Origin: Squalus acanthias | Taxonomy: Eukaryota | Direction: 5' to 3' | Assembly (NCBI GenBank): GCA_030390025.1 | Contig: CM059431.1 | Span: 116,252,001-116,316,000 of the forward strand | DNA length: 64,000 bases | Part shown: piece after piece, positions 60,362 to 64,000 of the stretch | How positions within the stretch are numbered: the stretch's first letter is position 1 | Layout of the letters: every line of letters begins with the position of its first letter | Made by a program: the position numbers and the translations under genes | The notes under the pieces: model-generated | What the model was told of the DNA's origin: nothing | The model's database searches: none | What the model saw: the letters and a program-made list of their open reading frames with translations, nothing else

Positions 60362-62403
60362 TCTTCTCTGCATTGCTTATACCACAGTGAAGTATCAAAT
60401 TGAAAATGAAGGCATACAATGTTGCCAAGATTGGTGGGAGACCAGAGGATTGGGAAATTTTTAAAAACTAGCAACGGATGACTAAAAATATAATAGAGAG
60501 AAGATGAATTATGAGAGTAAACTGGCAAGAAACATTAAAACAGATAGTAAGAGCTTCTACAGGTGTATAAAAAGGAAGAAGGTAGCTAAAGTAAACATTG
60601 GTCCCTTGGAGGATGAGACTGGGGAATTAATAATGGAGAATGGGGAAATGGCAGAGACTCTGAACAAATATTTTGTATCTGTCTTCATGGTAGAAGACAC
60701 TAACAACATCCCAATAATGGATAATCAAGGGGCCACAGGGAGAGGGGAACTAAAGACAATCACTATCACTAAGGAAATAGTACTCGGTAAAATAACGGGA
60801 CTAAAAGATGACAAGTCCCCTGGACCAGATGGCCTGCATCCCAGGGTCTTAAAAGAAGTGGCTGCAGAGATAGTGGATGCATTGGTTGCAATATACCAAA
60901 ATTCCCTGGACTCTGGAGAGGTCCCAGCAGATTGGAAAACCGTTAATGTAACACCCCTATTTAAGAAAGGAGGGAGACAGAAAGCAGGAAACTATAGACC
61001 AGTTAACCTAACATCTGTCGTTGGGAAAATGCGGGAGTCCTTCTTTAAGGAAGCAGTAGCAGGGCATTTGGAAAATCATAATGCAGTCAAGCAGAGTCAG
61101 CATGGTTTTATGAAAGGGAAATCATGTTTAACAAACTTGCTAGAGTTCTTTGAGGAGGTAACGAGCAGAGTGGACACAGGTGAACCAGTGGATGTGGTGT
61201 ATTTGGATTTCCAGAAGACATTCGATAAGGTGCCACATAAAAGGTTACTGCATAAGATAAGAGCTCACGGATTTGGGGTAATATATTAGCATGGATAGAG
61301 AATTGGCTAACTAACAGAAAGCAGAGAGTCGGAATAAATGGATCATTTTCCGGTTGGCAAACGGTAACTAGTGGGGTGCCATGGGGATCGGTGCTGGGGC
61401 CTCAACTATTTACAATCTACATTAATGACTTGGATGAAGGGACCGAGTGTAATGTAGCCAAGTTTGTGGATGATACAAAGATGGGTGGGAAAGCAAGTTG
61501 TGCAGAGGACTCAAAGAACCTGCAAAGGGATATAGACAGGTTAAGTGAGCGGGCAAACATTTGGCAGATGGTGTATAATGTGGGAAAGTGCGAGGTTATA
61601 CACTTTGGCAGGAAAAATAAAAAAGCAAATTATTATTTAAATGGCGAGAGATTACAAAATGCTACAGTTCAGAGGGACCTGGGGGTCCTTGTGCATGAAA
61701 CACAAAAAGTTAGCATGCAAGTACAGCAAGTAATCAAAAAGGCAAATGTAATGTTGGCCTTTATTTCAAAGGGGTTGGAGTATAAAAGCAGGGAAGTCCT
61801 GCTACAACTGTACAGGGTATTGTTGAGACCACACCTTGAGTACTGCGGACAGTTTTGGTCTCCTTATTTAAGGAAGGTTATACTTGCATTGGAGGCAGTT
61901 CAGAGACGATTCACTAGGTTAATTCCAGAGATAAGGGGGTTGACTTATGAGGAAAGGTTGAGCAGGCTGGGCCTATACTCATTGGAATTTAGAAGAATGA
62001 GAGGTGATCTTATTGAAACATATAAGATACTGAGGGGGCACAACAAGGTAAATGCAGAGAGGATGTTTCCCCTCGTGGGGAAATCTAGAACGCGGGGGGC
62101 ACAATTTTAGAATAAAGGGTCGCCCTTTTAGAACTGAGATGAGGAGGAATTTCTTCTCTCAGAGGGTCGTAAATCTGTGGAATTCTCTGCCCCAGAGAGC
62201 TGTGGAGGCTGGGTCATTCAATACATTTAAGGTGGAGATAGACAAACTTTTGCAAGATAAGGGAGTGAAGGGTTATGGGGAGCGGGCGGGGAAGTGGCTT
62301 TGAGCCCAAGATCAGCCATGATCTTATTGAATGGCGGAGCAGGCTCGAGGGGCCAAGTGGCCTATTCCTGCTCCTGTTTCTTATGTTCTTATGTTCTTAT
62401 GTT
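60362..62403 (+). mobile_element. 5'-truncated CR1 LINE, frameshifted ORF2
   Basis: Same family as 19642-22011 (KSPGPDG, QHGF, LDFQK.FD, KFVDDTK); (TTCTTATG)3 tail. Confidence 0.92.
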
Positions 62404-64000
62404 AAGTAGACTAGGTAGTGATGACCATCTCAAATACTCCTCCCATTGGAAGGTTACTTAGAAGAAGCACTTGGTAAAGTTTGCATCTCATACACTGTCA
62501 CTGGGGTCAACCTCTCTCGACACTTAACTTTTTTAGGGGAATGAATTTGGTCACCTTTTATTTCAACTATGTTCAGCAAGGTGTTTTCTGAGGGTGTAGA
62601 ATAAATTATCAATGGATCAAAAAATGGACGTAGATGATAGTTGAGTTAGTGCAGGGACACAGGGTAGAAATTCTGTTCCCTTGTGGGTTGAGTTCTGGTC
62701 CAGAGTCAACAGAGTCGTTAAATTTGTGGCAGTACCTGGATTGCTGAGTATGCACCTCTTGACAGTAGGCACAGTAAATTCGACTTGCAGTGGATTGGGG
62801 CAGGTACTTTTATCTGATTGCCTCCAATGCATCAACAGCAGTTTCAGGTGTGTCTGGATGCATGGCTGGCTATCCTGGGAATCCTGCGAAACATGCCTCA
62901 AAAGGGTCAGCTGTAGGTATCTGTGCCATCCGGAGCTTTAAGTGGACGCAGTGGGAATGTCTAAAGGTAATTGATCCCAGAGCGATTGATTGCAGTTAAA
63001 CTGGGGGCCTGCCAAGGTGGAAGCAGAGCGTACATCAAAAATCTTGCCTTGAATCTTGGGCCCAACTGTTCAGACTGGGTGGGTGTCACTGCTGGAGCAG
63101 ACACCTACCCCCGATATGTTAATGACACCATACAACTCAAGCAATTAGGTGAAGGCCTCATCTATTAGACCCTAGTACATGACTGTCACCCTGTTTACAA
63201 AGGTGTTTCAGCAGGGATGTCTTCTCTATCTCTGTTGGGGCTGTAAATGCTCCCAATCTGTACAGACATCTGAAGGGCTACTTCAAGGTGCCTGTATTAT
63301 ATGCAGTTGCTGTTGAGGTTGTCTACAGGTTCGTTCCGCCTAACAGTACAAAGCCCTGCGAAGGCAGTATTCTTCAAACTTTGTCAGGTAGCTGTGCCTT
63401 GGTTTGTAGACATGACTATGTAAGTAATGGTGGATGAGGGCATTTCATCACTGGGGTACAAGCAAACCTGCCTGGCATCCATCCTTTTATCTATTGCGTT
63501 CTCCTCCTAAAACACAGGGAAAGGGAGGAATATCCAAAAGAATTCCTCGATCCAGATTTTTAATTATAGCAATCAAAATCTTACGACCAAAATATAATAA
63601 AATAACTAAACAGCAAAAAAAGCAGGACAATCACTGATCCACTTGTCAAAGGTCCAAAGTTAAAAGGCCATTAATTAAAATGCTCCTGTGAAAAATTCAA
63701 TCGCTGAAAGCCTGCAACGTGACTGACCTTCATTATCCATTCTACATGGGTGGGCTAATGCATCGGGCATTCCATGCAAAAAGATCAGGAAATTGTAGTA
63801 GCGCTCATTGCCTATGCATACCGTTACATGAACCCCATTACTATTAATATTAATATAGTTAATTAAGCTCTCACACATTCTGCAATAATGTGTTCCTAGC
63901 AGGGACCCACTGTCATGAGGAGTACAGGTCAGAGAAAAGATTATAAGACTGTAGCCCCAATTCCCAGATCCATGATCACTGCTTGCGCAGCTCCCCACTG

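Overview
Eukaryotic, repeat-saturated vertebrate DNA with no recognisable host gene. The CR1/L2/RTE LINEs and DeuSINE-like repeats suggest a cartilaginous fish, but this is inference. The centrepiece is a full-length 12.7-kb provirus (23831-36569, +). It has two 1683-bp LTRs (about 38 substitutions counted by eye), a 4-bp CCAC target-site duplication (TSD) and a tRNA-Arg-type primer binding site. Gag is coiled-coil, carries overlapping PSAP/PPxY late domains, and joins pro in frame across a UGA-CUAG readthrough codon. Pol has YVDD RT, a dead plus an active RNase H, and integrase. Env is not gamma/beta-type: it resembles a Mononegavirales-type class I fusion (F) protein and is preceded by an apparent immunoglobulin-fold domain. 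This architecture best fits lokiretroviruses. A second, older and diverged member of the same lineage lies on the minus strand (~40300-48290) and independently conserves the Ig-like domain and fusion peptide. The rest of the window is a PIF/Harbinger hotspot: one apparently intact autonomous element (transposase plus three-exon Myb/SANT gene), several decayed copies, nested MITEs, and nested CR1/RTE/L2 insertions.
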